DNA from: the human T2T-CHM13v2.0 reference genome, Homo sapiens
Assembly: GCF_009914755.1 (NCBI RefSeq)
Contig: NC_060940.1
DNA length: 64,000 nucleotides
Reading direction: 5' to 3' (one strand)
Within the stretch, counting starts at the first letter, position 1. Each line of letters begins with the position of its first letter. Positions 39,967-54,510 of this stretch are shown here, piece after piece. The translations under genes and the position numbers were made by a program. The notes under the pieces are model-generated. The model was not told the DNA's origin and made no database searches. It was given only the letters and a program-made list of their open reading frames with translations.

Positions 39967-41104
39967 TCAGCCTTCTTGGTTTCATGTGGGTGAGTGGGTG
40001 ATATGACTGGTTTTGGTCAACCATTTATCAGAGATGATGAGAATAATGGCTGGGCAAAGAATTTAATTGTCAATGTGCTATTCTTCAGAATACTCACACA
40101 CTTGCTCTCCATTTCCCTCTCCTCCTCTTCCTCCTTCTCTTCCTCCTGACCCACACCCCATCCATATCTCTGGAATGACATCTGATGATATTTGGGATGA
40201 AGGGGAGCATCATGAAGATAGATGCAATGGTAGTAGTAATTTTTAGTTTGGGTTTGGGTCAGGGTTTCATGTTCATGTATGTATATATGTGTGCATATGT
40301 GGGCATACATATCTGCATGTGTGTGTATATGTAGGTATATATGTATGTATTCCAGGGAAGCTGTGCAGAGGAGACCTTTGGGTTGGGCATGCTGTGAACA
40401 AGGTTTGGTTCAGTCAGTGGTGGGGAAGGGAAGGCCATTTCAAGAATTTGGAACATCACATGCAAAATGCAAGATATGACAAATTCTGGTGTATCCAAAA
40501 GATGGCAAGAAGTTCCAAGAGGCTCAGATGCAGGTGGTGTGGGGCAAGTGGCAGGACTGTGGCTAAAACACACCGGGCTCCTTGCTGAGGAACTGAAACC
40601 CAGGGATCCACAGGGCATAGCTAATATTTATCCAGCCAGCAGACCCTTCCTTATGGTCTTTTTTTCCCTCTCATATTTCTGCTCAGTTGCACCAAACCAC
40701 ATTAATTTCAACATGTAATTATTTCCACATTAATATTTTTCAATGCCCAAAGCTGGCATGAAACTCTACTTGTTCCCAGTGCTGCCAGGGACACATTAGT
40801 TCCCTGCAAAGACACGTTATAGCATCTGGAAAAGTCATGGGGTTAATGGGGTCCAACCATGCAGACTTTCCCCGGGAGTCTATTTTGGCCTTTTCCCAAG
40901 GAGCTCATGGTCTAGCAGGGAAGGAAGAAAAATACATATGTGCCATATGGTGTGACGGGTCAATAGTGGAAGCAGAGTGTAATGCCCCTGCAACAGGGAG
41001 CAGAGCAGGGAGGTGTCCTGTCAGTTGGAGAAAACAGGTCATTTGAGCTGAGTCCCGCAGGATGAGTGTCAGTCACTACACTGGTAGAAATGAAGAGAAA
41101 TAAG

Positions 41105-41780
41105 TACCATTAAAGGCTGGTGAAGGGATGTGGTACTCTCATGCATGGTGAGTGGGAACAAAATTTTGGTATAACAGCATGGAGGGCAATTTACCAGTAT
41201 CTTAAGAAAATCTTTAATACACACACCCCATGACCCAGCAATTCAACCTCTTTATGGCTATATTAGGGAAATACTCAAGAAAATGCACAAAGAGACATGT
41301 ACAAAGTCGCTCACTTTGGTCTTATTTGTCATAATGGAAAATCGGAAACTAAAGGACTCTCTCTAGGAGAATAGCTAAATATAAATGGCAATGGTTTGCA
41401 ATATACCATAAAACATTCATTTTAAAAGTGATATGTACCCTGATATGCAAAGATCTCAAGAAGTATCGTTGAGTAGAATTCCAAATTTTAGAATACTACA
41501 TAAAGTATGATAATATTTGTGTCAACATACTCCCACACATACACTGACACTCACCCAAAACACTATTATGTATTCTATATAATTTCTATGAATATATATA
41601 TTCATGTATATGTGTGTATGTGTGTGTATATATATATACATATATATACACACACACACACACACACAAGTATAAACGTATATAAATATGTTTCAGAAAG
41701 ATGCCAACATGAGAGAGTAGGTTTTTCCTTTGGGTAGCATAGAGAGACAGGGGATTGGTTTCCAATGAAGACTTTAACTC
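41105..41780 (+). mobile_element. Old L1ME-like 3' fragment with a (TA)/(CA) microsatellite
   Basis: ggtgagtgggaacaaaattttggtataac...cccatgacccagcaattc. Confidence 0.6.
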
Positions 41781-42329
41781 CAACGCAGGGTTCTGTGGAG
41801 GAGTGTTCAGCTATGAAACTAATGACAGCAGACAGTCAGGGACAGAGCTTTTCTGATGGCTGATGGAGATGGCTGAAAGGGCGGGAAACACCTGTTCAGA
41901 GAAAAGCCAATGGTACGTATTATTCTATGCATGAAGCCATCCATTTGGACCTGGAAAAAGAAATATTTTATTCACCTGGAATCCGGGTAGCATATCTATC
42001 CTAACTCAAGGTACACAGGCTTGAGGCTTACTGAGAAGATACCCAGAGAGGCTGATGAGGGAGAAGGAGCCTGTGCCTCAAGGCAGCATATCAAATATAT
42101 GCTGAGCTCTGGAATGGGACAAAACATTCTATAGACTTGGCAGAGTAAGTCCAAGCAGACGATGAGCACCAAGATCATCTGGGGCCACTGCCCTGCTTCC
42201 TGTGATCTTTCAGCCAAAGCAGAATCTTACCTTGCCAGGGCAAGATCACATGCTACTCCGATTCCAGCATCTAAGGCAGGCAACAGTATTATCATTCCCT
42301 TATTTTATGGTTACCTTCTATTTGTGGCA

Positions 42330-42850
42330 ATTGTAGTGATTCTCTATAGCTGCGTAACAAACGTAAGGGCTTAAAACACATTTATGTTCTCACAGTTTCT
42401 ATGGTTCCTCTGCTTCAGGGTCTCTTACAAAGATCCAATCAAGGTGTTGGCCAGGGCCAACATCTCATCTGAAGCTCAAATCAGAAAAGATCCTCTTGCA
42501 AATGTGTGTGGTTGTGGGCAGGATTCAGTTTCATTTGGGTTATTGACTAAGGACCTCTGCTTCTTTCTGGCTGTTGGCCAGAGACATCTGCCCTCAGTTC
42601 CTTGACAAGTGAACCTCTCTATAGGGTGACTTTCTTCATCAAAGCCAGCAGAAAAAAGAGGGCCAATAGATAAAGTCTGCTAGCAAATGGAAGTTACAAT
42701 TTTGTGTTACAAGTGGTGCAATTACGTTGTATTACCATTGCCAAGTTCTGTTGATTCAAAGCAAGTCCCTGATCACACCCGCATTCAAAGGGAGAAGGTT
42801 ATGCAAGGACATAGTACCAGGAGGTGGGGAGTCATATTAGAGTCTGTCTC
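42330..42850 (-). mobile_element. MLT1-type (MaLR) solo LTR
   Basis: gctgcgtaacaaa...ggcttaaaacacatttat...tctcacagtttct...aatcaaggtgttggccaggg...ggcaggattcagttt. Confidence 0.65.
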
Positions 42851-43151
42851 CAATGACAATTATAATTATTTTTCCCATTCAATTTATTGATATACAGTTT
42901 CTATTTTAATAGATTTTTTAATCAAGTAAGAAAAATAAATTTAAAGAAAAATATTGAGTCCATGATAGCAATAACATATGTAGCATCTGATAATGATAGA
43001 GTGTCATCAGAGATTGAGATATATATTCAATGATATCAGGATATGCTAATCATTTGTTCATTGACATTTGTTTATTTATTATTTGTTGTTTCTTAACACA
43101 TTTATTTACTTATCTGCTCATCCATTCATCCATCTACTTATTCATGAAGTA

Positions 43152-43384
43152 CAGTGTAAGTATCCCAAATCCAAAAATTCAAAATCTGTAATGCTCCAAA
43201 ATCTGAAACTTTTTAAGCATCAATGTGATGTTCAAAGGAAATGCTCATTAAAACATTTCAGATTTGGGATTTTGGGGGTTTGGGATGCTCAACCAGTATA
43301 ATGCAAATGTCCCAGAATCTGAAAAAAATCCCAAATCTGAAACACTTCTGGTCCCAAGCATTTTGGATAAAGTATATTCAACTT
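43152..43384 (-). mobile_element. Tigger4a-like MITE, opposite orientation to the copy at 14012
   Basis: Reverse-complement similarity to 14012-14238 (aaacacttctggtcccaagcattttggataa). Confidence 0.8.
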
Positions 43385-44459
43385 TAACAGGCTATCCTCT
43401 TGTCTTTTGAGAAATTTGGCTTAGTGATATCTTTCTAAATTCTGGCTGCACACTAAAATCCCCTGGAGAGCTTTTTAAAAAATACCAATGACCAGGAACC
43501 ATCACATACGTATTGAGTTAGAATCCTCCCTGTGGGGACTAAGGAATTCGAATGTGCCTACAGAGTTGTGGTGACTTCAGGCCATCGAACCATTTGCAGT
43601 AGAATTGCAGATACAAGGATTGTTAGAGATACAGGCAGCAAGCCCCACAACCATAAATGAACCAGCACACTCAACTTATTTTTTCCCTGGAGAATAGAAT
43701 TTCCAATGAGCTGGTTGACTTTGAGGAAGAGACAGGCTGAACCCTACTCAACTCCCATTCTTGTTCCTGGTCTTTGAGTTTATCCCTGACTTGTAACTTG
43801 CCTTCTAGCGTGAACTCTGAAATTGACCTTCAGTTCAAATTTAAGCCCCAGGTCTTCCTCTGCTTTGCCTTCCCAGAGACTGGAGACAGGCTATTCCATG
43901 TTATATCTGCATTTCATGGCTGAGGTCGCTCCATATCCAACTAAATGCTGTGTCTGCTGCTCCAGCCAGGGCTAAGAGTATGCAGAAGCATCTTCAGCAG
44001 GTCAGCCTCAGCCTTTACTGCCTTCTTAATATCTGGTAGCAATGAGATGGAGGCCTGCCGGAGCCCAAGCCCTGCTTAGCACACCCATCTGCTTGTGGCC
44101 TCTTTGGGTGTACAAAGTGAGTGTGTATGCTTGTGAAAATGTGAAGCTGCATATCCAGAAGGAGCCATTTATTAATCATTTATTTGTTCACTTATTAAGC
44201 ACCTATGATGTACCATGCTCTGTTGTAGGTAATATGGATACAGCAGTGAACAAGGCAACATCTGCCATTATGGTGCTTGATTCCAAGTGGGGAGGTACCA
44301 GCAATAATGTGAACCAACCAGTAAATTAGTTAATTCCAGATCCTGACCAGTGCCACAGAGTGTGCTAAAGAAGATAAAACAAAACAATGGGAAAGAATGA
44401 TGGGTCAGGGGCTATTTTTGGTAGAATGGTAACAGAAAGTCTCTCTTAGAGATGGCCTT

Positions 44460-44768
<309 letters not shown>

Positions 44769-44827
44769 TAGAGATGACTTTTAAGTTGCATGTAGATGTC
44801 ACAAAAACTACAGTGATGGGCTAAATT

Positions 44828-45032
44828 AGCATCGTCTAATGGAACTTTCTGTGATGATGAAAATAGCCTATATCTGCACCTCCAAGACAGTAGCCACTAG
44901 CCATTCGTAACTACTGGGCACTTGAAATGCAGCTAGTGTAACTGATACATTGAATCCTTAATTTTATTCAATTTTAGTTAATTTAAAATTAATAGCTACT
45001 TGTGGCTAGTTCCTTCCATATTGGATGGCACA
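44828..45032 (+). mobile_element. MER3-like hAT MITE
   Basis: gaactttctgtgatgatgaaaat...tagccactagcca...gcacttgaaatg...tgtggctagt. Confidence 0.75.
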
Positions 45033-46433
45033 GGTCCAGACATTTAATATAAGAGCTGAATGACAAGGAGGAGCCAGCTGTACAAAGATCTGGGGAAAGA
45101 TCACTCCAGGATGAGGAAATATCAAATGCCAGGTCCCTGCAGGGAAAGGAATGTGGAGTATTTGGGGACACAGAGAAGGCCGGTGTTGCTGGGACTTTGT
45201 TGAAACGGGATATGAGGTTGGAGAACATACCATATAGGGCTTGTAATCCATGAAAAGGGACTTACTTTTTGTAACATAATGAGACATTTTTGAAAGGATT
45301 TAAGCACAGGAGTGATGTAATAATAGCAACAATAACAACAACTAATGCTTAGGTGGTTTTATTATATGGTCTTTATGTATATTGGCTTACTCAATCCTCA
45401 CAATAATAGTATCAATGAAACATTATTCTTATCATTAGAGTATTCATTTTTGATTTAAAAAACTAAAGCACAGGGAGGTTAAGTAATGTCCCAGATTGTG
45501 TACACTGCAAATAGCAGAGTTAGTATCTGAGCCCAAACATCCCACACTAAACATCCAGGCTCTTAGCCACTATGCATTTCCTACCTCCCTCTCAGCTAGC
45601 ATGGGCTGTTGAAAACTCACTCTTGCTCAGTGTGGGTAATGGCATTTAGAGGAACAAGACAGGGAGAGATGGGCCATTAGAGCAGTCAAGGCTGGAGAAG
45701 GCAGTGCTGTAGACAGCAAAGTGGCAGAGGAATGATGGAGCGATGGGAAGAAGAAGTTAAATTTAGAATATGTTTTAGAAATAGAGGCCACAGACAGACT
45801 GACTAGATGCACTTATTGGATGTGCTGCAGGGTGCGTAAGGAAACAAGGAATCCGTGCTGATTCCCAGGTTTTAGACTGAGCAATTGAGTGGATGGTGAT
45901 GCCCTCTCCTGAGGTTAGGGAGCCTGGAGTGGGCACGACCTGGCTGCTGGGGGAGGGAGGGGATGCTGCAATGTGGTGTGTTAGGAAATCTATTGGGTAT
46001 AATTCTCTGCCTCAATTTGGGCACATTTTTCTTTCACCCACCTTTTTATTCTCCCTCCTTTCTTTCTCCTTCTCTTCTTTTCTGCTTTTCATTATTTCTT
46101 CCATCATTGAACAAATATTTATCGAGGCCTACTTCATGCCAGGCACTATGTGGCATGCTGGGAGCACACAAACTATAGAAAAGTGCAAAATCATCTCCCT
46201 TCTTAGGAGCTTGCATTCTTTAGGAGACAGGTGGACTCTACGCAAGGCAATGAACATATGAACAAGGTAATTTCAGATAACAGCAAGCCGTAGGAAATGA
46301 TCAGAAAAGGCTGATGTGAAAGAGAACGTTTTTAGGTGGGGTTCTTGGGGTGGGGGATTGCTAGATGAGGAGGTGAAGTTTGCACTGAGACCTGAATAAG
46401 AGAAGGAGCCTATTATGGGAAGAGCTGAAGGAA

Positions 46434-46452
46434 GTGTGTGTGTGTGTGTGTA

Positions 46453-46483
<31 letters not shown>

Positions 46484-46484
46484 G
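46434..46484. repeat. (TG)n microsatellite
   Basis: Interrupted TG run; others at 38605-38644, 39844-39890 and 26160-26215. Confidence 0.9.
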
Positions 46485-49154
46485 ACAGATACTCTACAGG
46501 GAATTAGCATGCATGAATGCCTGATAATATAAGAATCTTTATAGCAGAGTGTGTAGGTATGTGAATACCTCACAAGGTGTATGCATCTCTCCTTTTCTGT
46601 CTATCCATCATTTCTCCCTCTGTTATATGATCAGACTGATTGGTTTAAAAATCTGTTTAGTATTTCATGCACCCCAAGCTGTGAAAGTCAGGTCTAAATA
46701 CAGCCACCGTAGGATACACTAATTAATTTATGATTATATTTTACATCATTAAAGCTGAAGCTCTTGATTTGGGGATGCAAGTGTCTGAAGGAAACAGTTC
46801 AAGGACAAGATAGAAGGCTCCAGCCTTGGCACTTCGTAAAAAGGTCGTTCTTCTGTCGTAGCCAAATGTAGAGGAAAGGGGGCTTCTGGCTGAATTTACT
46901 CAGCAGAAAGCACAAGTTCCCTTCAACACTAAATTTCAGTTGTAGCTAAACTCTAGAGCTGGTGCGTGGCAGTGTGGCAGAACACACTCGCTCTTCACAG
47001 GAACACTGACACCTGTCATGTATATGGATGAATGTTTCCATGTTGACTGACGTGTTTTACAAGTTTCTGCAGCCAGGCATGATTGACCCCAGCAACGCTT
47101 TCACCAATAAAATATCAAGTGCTTTGGCTGAACATTGTCTGTCTTGCTGACCAGGTTTCTTGGATCACAAGGAAGAAACACATACAAATTATTTACAAAG
47201 AGGAAAGTTCATTTTAAGGATGCACATGGGCTAAAAATGAAATGACCTCACTATTGGCACAGGTCCTAAGATTACATTCTCTGAGAATACACAATGAAGA
47301 AATGGGCTTCATGTGTAATAGCGACAATAATTAACACGCGTACTGAGCAGTTAATTCCTTTCAGGCACCCTGCTAAGTGCATCCTAACCACTAAGCCTTT
47401 TGATCCTGATGAAACATGCTCTGAGATGGATCTTGCTCGTGATTGGAATGGTGTAAAATTGTTGTATAAAATGGGAATTGTATATGGTGAAGAAACTGAG
47501 GCTTGAGGCGGTTAAGGAGGTCTTCCAAAGTTATTTCGAGAGAGGATGGCAGAGCCAGGATCCCAGGGACAGACAGCCACTGAGTCAGCTGTGGCAGCTC
47601 GAGGGATGTTCATCCAAGTAGGTAAAAGACAGAGCTTAGGAGGCATAGCTATAAGCAGTCAATAAGTGATGTTCTGGACATGCGACTAGTGGAGATTCCA
47701 TCGGGAGAATATGGTAGTGTCTTGAAAGGCAGGTGGAACAAAGTAAAGGGTGTTCCAGGAAAAGTCAAGAGCTGAATGAAAACCTGGCAAATTGGAAGTC
47801 ATCTTCTGAAAGAGTAGTGTCTTTATTGCTCTGAGGCTCAGAATTGCGATGGTCCATGCTGTTTGAGGCTGCAGGACTCAGACCCATAGAAGGGTGACAG
47901 AATAAGACTCAGCGAGAGCAAACAGGGCTTGGATCAGTAGCAGGATGCAGGTGAGAAGGAAGGCAGGCTGGCAGCATCCCTGAGGCAGTGGTGAGCTGGC
48001 ACACAGCTCAGAGTGGAGTGTGAGGTGGAGAGACCTGGAGCGCAGGCTTCCCGAGAGGAGCCCTCTGTTGTCACTGTCTTTTCAACTGTAAGCACGAGTG
48101 CCTGTGCAGACACACTGAGACCTCCATAATCATCATTTAATTGTTGCACCTGCCCTTTAAAATGCTGAGACCAAGGAAAGAAAACACAACAAAATAGCTA
48201 ACAGACATTGGTGTGTGAGGTTCTGCAGAGGGGCACTCTTTGAGTGTTTATGAATAAAGTATCAGCGAAGTACACTCCAGGTGGGAACCCCAGTCAGGGT
48301 CAGGTGAAATTTGTTCCATAATCTTGTTATTTCACAATCAGGGAAAATGTTGTCTTAGAACCCTGAAGTGAGACGTTGCAATCACAAAAGAGAAAAGAGT
48401 AGAAGGAGAGTTGCCAGGATGAGGACAGTGATGAAATCTGAGGTTATAGGTAGGCAATGGTTTAGATTTTAGATCCACGCTACCCAACCTGTGGACTTAA
48501 GAATTATTGCAAGAGACCTCCACATCCCTATGGATACTAAACATTGAGTATAAACTAAGCAAAAAAAAAAAAAAAAATCACATATCAACACACATGCACA
48601 CGCATACACACACATGCGTGGCAACCTTTCAAACATGTAGATTCAGTGATGATTCAATCACAAATGCATTTTAAGGGATTATTGAATTCATAGTTACTAT
48701 CTGTCCATATGTGCTTTCTAAATCAAATGATATGGAAGGGTTTAATTGTGTTGTATGGTGGTCTATTGGTATTAAAAACCAATGAATGGTTTTAAAAACC
48801 AGTCATATTGGTATTAAAAACCAATGATCACATTGCAAAAGGTCAGGGATGACAGAAATAAATAAAAGCAATGCCTACAGTTTGTGCAGTTTGAGGCGTG
48901 GGCCCGGTGGAATGACTAAGCCCTGCCCAGCATTGAGGCTTCCCAAATGCTTGCGCACCTCAGGTGGTAAGGAGAAAGAGATTTCTAATAATTCACTAGG
49001 ATATATGCCACACTGAAGCTGTTCGGTACTCTATGACTGGGTTGTATCAATGTCCATTTGAGAGGTGGGTTTCTGTGAATCAGAGCCATCATTTACATAA
49101 AGGCCCATCTATGATGCAACCAGTAATAGTCATGTAGATTAAGAATTTGAACAG

Positions 49155-49736
<582 letters not shown>

Positions 49737-49914
49737 TCAAGATGACGATGCACCTGGCCAGCTTCCAAAAGAGGCATTTGTGGGCTCTGGAATTCAGTTG
49801 ACCCTTGGCCAGTGATTCCTACCCTGAAAGTCTTTGACCACTGTGAGTCCTAAGAGATAACGAGAGACCTCTCAAACAATTTGTACTATTTCAGAAAATG
49901 AAAAATTCTTTTTT

Positions 49915-50600
<686 letters not shown>

Positions 50601-51602
50601 CAAAAACTTTTTAAGGGCAAGGTTTTGCTCTTTGTTTTATCTTCTAATACTAGCAGAGTTCCTGCCATGCTATAGTTGCTAAATTCATGAACAAACGAAG
50701 AGTTTTTTTCTGTAGTTTTCTTTTTTTTCTCTTTCTCTCTAAGCTAAGACTTATTTCAGTATAGTGACCTTGGTTTTCCTTTAAGAAACACTAATAAGCA
50801 ATTGTATATAGTTCTGATATATAAAATACAAATTTTTAAATTGTAATTACTTGGATAAGTAAAGTGGGTTCCAAAGCTCAGATCCCATGAAGGAAAACAT
50901 ACGTAGTACAAGAGAACAATGTGGAAATCTGTTAAGAGCATGGGAGAGAAGGCTTTCAACCCTCTGTGATAGACTTCTATGTTCTCATGAGGTATTCAGA
51001 CATGCCTGTGACCCCTACACACTCTTCTGAGCACCAGAGAAAGTGCCACTTGCCCTGAATCCAACAAGCCAGTTTCTCTTTGGAGCCTGATCCAAGAACA
51101 TAGCTGTGGGGGCCTTCTATTATGTGTGAACAGCTCTTGACTATTATTGAGGGAGTGAAAACACCATTAGAGTTGATGAGGAACTTCAAAGTCCTCTTTA
51201 TCCTCATTTGAGAGAGAAGAAGCTACCTTTGAAAAGCTATGAGCCAACCTGCTGTAGAGGTGAAAATGAACTGAAAAGGGCTTTTCTCTTTTCTTATTTT
51301 TATTTGTCTTTTCTTATGTCTCTGGACATAAAGTTTGAGGAACTTGCCCCATGGCATAGGCAGTGTCCTTAACTTTTGATCCTTTGAGATAAAGTCCATC
51401 CAAAAGTGGTTTATGATGCTTGGGTGTACTCAGAAAAGCATCACGAACATCATTTGTTGAAATAGTTCTCAAAGTTGAATCTATTCTCATATTCTCTCTC
51501 TTCCTCTTTCTGGTTGGTAGCTCTTCTGATAGTCTGCTCTCTCACCTTATTTGTTTATGATGATATCTTCAGAAATTCGTCAGTATTATTTTTGCTTTAG
51601 CA

Positions 51603-51943
51603 CAGAGGTCTCCAAACTGGCACCACGGACCAGTTTTGTGGAAGACAATTTTTTCCACAGATGGGGGTGGGGTGGGGATGGTTTCAGGATGAAACTGTTC
51701 CACCTCAGGTCATCAGGCATTAGTTAGATTCTCATAAGGAGCATACAACCTAGATCTCTTGCTTCCGCAGTTCACAATAGGGTTCACACTCCTATGAGAA
51801 TCTAATGATGCTGCTGATCTGACAGGAGGTGGAGCTCAGGCAGTAATGCCCACTGGGCCACCACTCACGTCCCGCTGTATAGCCCCGCTCCTAACAGGAC
51901 ATGGACCAGTACTGGTCTGCAGCCCAGCGGTTGGGGACCCCTG
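51603..51943 (+). mobile_element. MER1B hAT MITE
   Basis: TIRs cagaggtctccaa / ttggggacccctg; 8-bp TSD ctttagca / ctttagta; internal ttagattctcataaggag ... ctcctatgagaatctaa palindrome. Confidence 0.88.
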
Positions 51944-53017
51944 CTTTAGTAGAATCCTCAAGAAAAGCATGGAAATAATTCCATTCTCTCTTCACGTTAT
52001 ACCCAGAGGGGCAGTCAAGCCTTCATATCCAATGTCTACATCAAGCCTTCTATGTCCTTAGTCCACCTTCTATGTCCTTAGTCCTCACTGTCTTCTTGTT
52101 CATCCACTCCCTCCTAAAATCCTTCGCTCATCGCCTGGCTGGGGACAGAAATAGGGCCCAAGGCTTGAGCACTCACAGGCATCCTCAGTTTTCTTATCTC
52201 TCAGTCATTCTGCTATAGCTGCCTTGCACTTGTCTTTAAATGTACGCCTGGAACCTGAACGCTGAGTAGGTCATTGTCAGTTCAAATTATAATTTCCAAC
52301 TTCATCTGGATACTCAGTGTATTTTGCTAGTTATCTTCTGTAGAACAGATAAATTACTCCTTAGCTCTTAGGTTTTAAGAAAGATTCTTATGTTCTAACT
52401 CAAATTAAACCTGGCTTGAAATTCATGTTGCTACTTTGAACAGAAGTCCTTTACCAGTCATTATTCAGACCCGCCTCTGACACCACTTGTGGCACAACCC
52501 AGGGCCATAAGAGAGTGTCCCTCATCTTCTCTTGGTCACATGGGACTTGGCTTTGTTGATGTCTGCACACCCTCTGAGTCAATGTTGGCCAGAAGGTCTT
52601 CAAAAACTTAATACTTAGTACTCAGCCACACAAAAATCCACACAGGAATTTTCCCATATCCAGAGCTCTGTGTTAAGCAATCTCAGATATTTGCTTTCAG
52701 GAGCTGGGATGCAGCCTGCAGGTTGTCTCAGTGGTATAACCACACCCACAATAATGATAGCAAACACTTATATAGCGCTTATGATGTTTTAGGCAATAAA
52801 GACAGTACACACATGAACTCATTTCATTTTTAAAACAACCTTCTGAGATATGTGTTACAATTTTTATTATCATCCCATTTTACGTATGGGAAAATCTAGG
52901 CAGAGACAGGCTAAGTAACTTGCCCAAAGCCCCACCTCTAATGAAGGGCAGAGCCTAGATTCAAATCAAGGCAGTTTGGGTAGACAAGTCTAGGCAGTTT
53001 GGTTAGATCAGTTAAAC

Positions 53018-53229
53018 TCGTGGCTCTCAACAGGGGATCATTTGGACCCCTGAGGGGGATGTGGCAGTGTCTGCAGACATCTGTGGTTGTCATGACTGGT
53101 GGGTGCCATGGCATCTGGCGGGTAGAGACCAGGAGTGCTTCTGACCATCTTAAAATTCACAGGACAGCCTCCACTACAAAGAATTATCCATCCCAGAATG
53201 TTGACAGTGCTGAAGTTAAGAAACCCTAG
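53018..53229 (+). mobile_element. MER20 hAT MITE
   Basis: gtggctctcaac...cacaggacagcc...caaagaattatcc...aagaaaccct. Confidence 0.82.
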
Positions 53230-53710
53230 GTAAGACCTAGATTTTTGAAACATGAAGACCTCTCAGTGGGTTTGTCTAGGATGCTCTAACATCTTTTTTA
53301 GTCCACAAAATAGAGAAACTGTTCACCCTCCCTGGAGATAAAAATTAGCCGGACCATGGGAATAAGGGAATAGCTACCCTCCTTGGCAATGGGAGTGTGT
53401 GATGGTGGTGGTGGTGGGTGGGGGTGGTGATGAGTCCTCTGTCTTCCAGATGAGTCTCTGGAAGCAAAATCAAACATAAGATAATTTCTCAACAGGCCAT
53501 CATAATCCATAAATTGTTAATATATCATCCATCTACATTCTGTTCCCTTTCCAGTCCCACTCCCAAGGTCCTTAAGCTCAGCAATCGACCCTACTCTTCT
53601 GTCATTGGGAAAATCAAAGCCATTAAGTAGGAAATTCCTAAACGTTGCTCCCCTTGATCTGGACCACATCCCTGCTGCCATGCCTTAAGACCTGGTGAAC
53701 TTTCCTGTCT

Positions 53711-53841
53711 GAGTCAGTCACGATGGCTCACGCCAGTACTCTCAGGACTTTGGGAGGCCAAGGCAGGAGGATTGCTTGAAACCAGAAGTTTCAGACCAGC
53801 CTGGGCAACATAGTGAGATCCTTACTCAAAACAAAACAAAA
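53711..53841 (+). mobile_element. FLAM-type Alu monomer
   Basis: Single left arm followed by (CAAAA)n. Confidence 0.8.
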
Positions 53842-54359
53842 TTCATGTCTGTTGTTACCAGGGATTCTTTCCCCAAGTAAGAATGTTGACAAACCCTCAT
53901 TTCTCCTCCTGAAATCACTGCTCTGTCTCCTTCTCCTGCCTCTAGTTCCATTCTGGATCTTCCTCTCCTTTGTCACACTGAATGGGGTTAAGGAGCATTG
54001 GCTCTGCTGGGTTTCAGATCCTGACTCTGCCACATACGAGCTGTGTGATCTTAGGCAAGACACTTAACTTCTCTGAGCCTCAGATTACTCACGGATATCA
54101 TGGGGAATAATGAGTATCTACCTTCTCAGCCTGCTTTGGTAGGGCTATTGCCACTACAACCTCAGTGGAATGTCTCTGACAAACCTAAACCTTCTCATCC
54201 TAAAACATATGTACCTGCCTGGCACAAACTTTAAAACAACAAATATTGCTTGAGACCTCAGTTTGAAAATTTCTCCCAATGTGTGGTCATGTGTTATTTA
54301 AACCTGGGATGCTTCTTTCATTTTTTCTCAGTATTTCAATTATTTGTGCATCTTCCAAG

Positions 54360-54510
54360 CCGAGCTCCTCTTTCCCCTTCTCCTCCCATTCTTCCTCTTA
54401 TCTTTATTCCTCCTTATTTTACCTTCTAGTCTCCTTCATCTTTCATCCTTTGCTCCTCCTCTTCCTCCTTTCCTCTTCTCTGTCCCATTCCTTTCTGTCT
54501 CCTCTCTCGT
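54360..54510. repeat. Pyrimidine-rich (CT) low-complexity tract
   Basis: Nearly all C/T on the + strand. Confidence 0.75.

Noticed and set aside
48221-48238. CTCF-like ctgcagaggggcac
   Set aside because: Spacing is off by one base relative to the core motif.
51615-51635. REST/RE1-like gcaccacggac
   Set aside because: Lies inside MER1B and both flanks of the RE1 consensus mismatch. The split site at ~56445-56470 is also weak.
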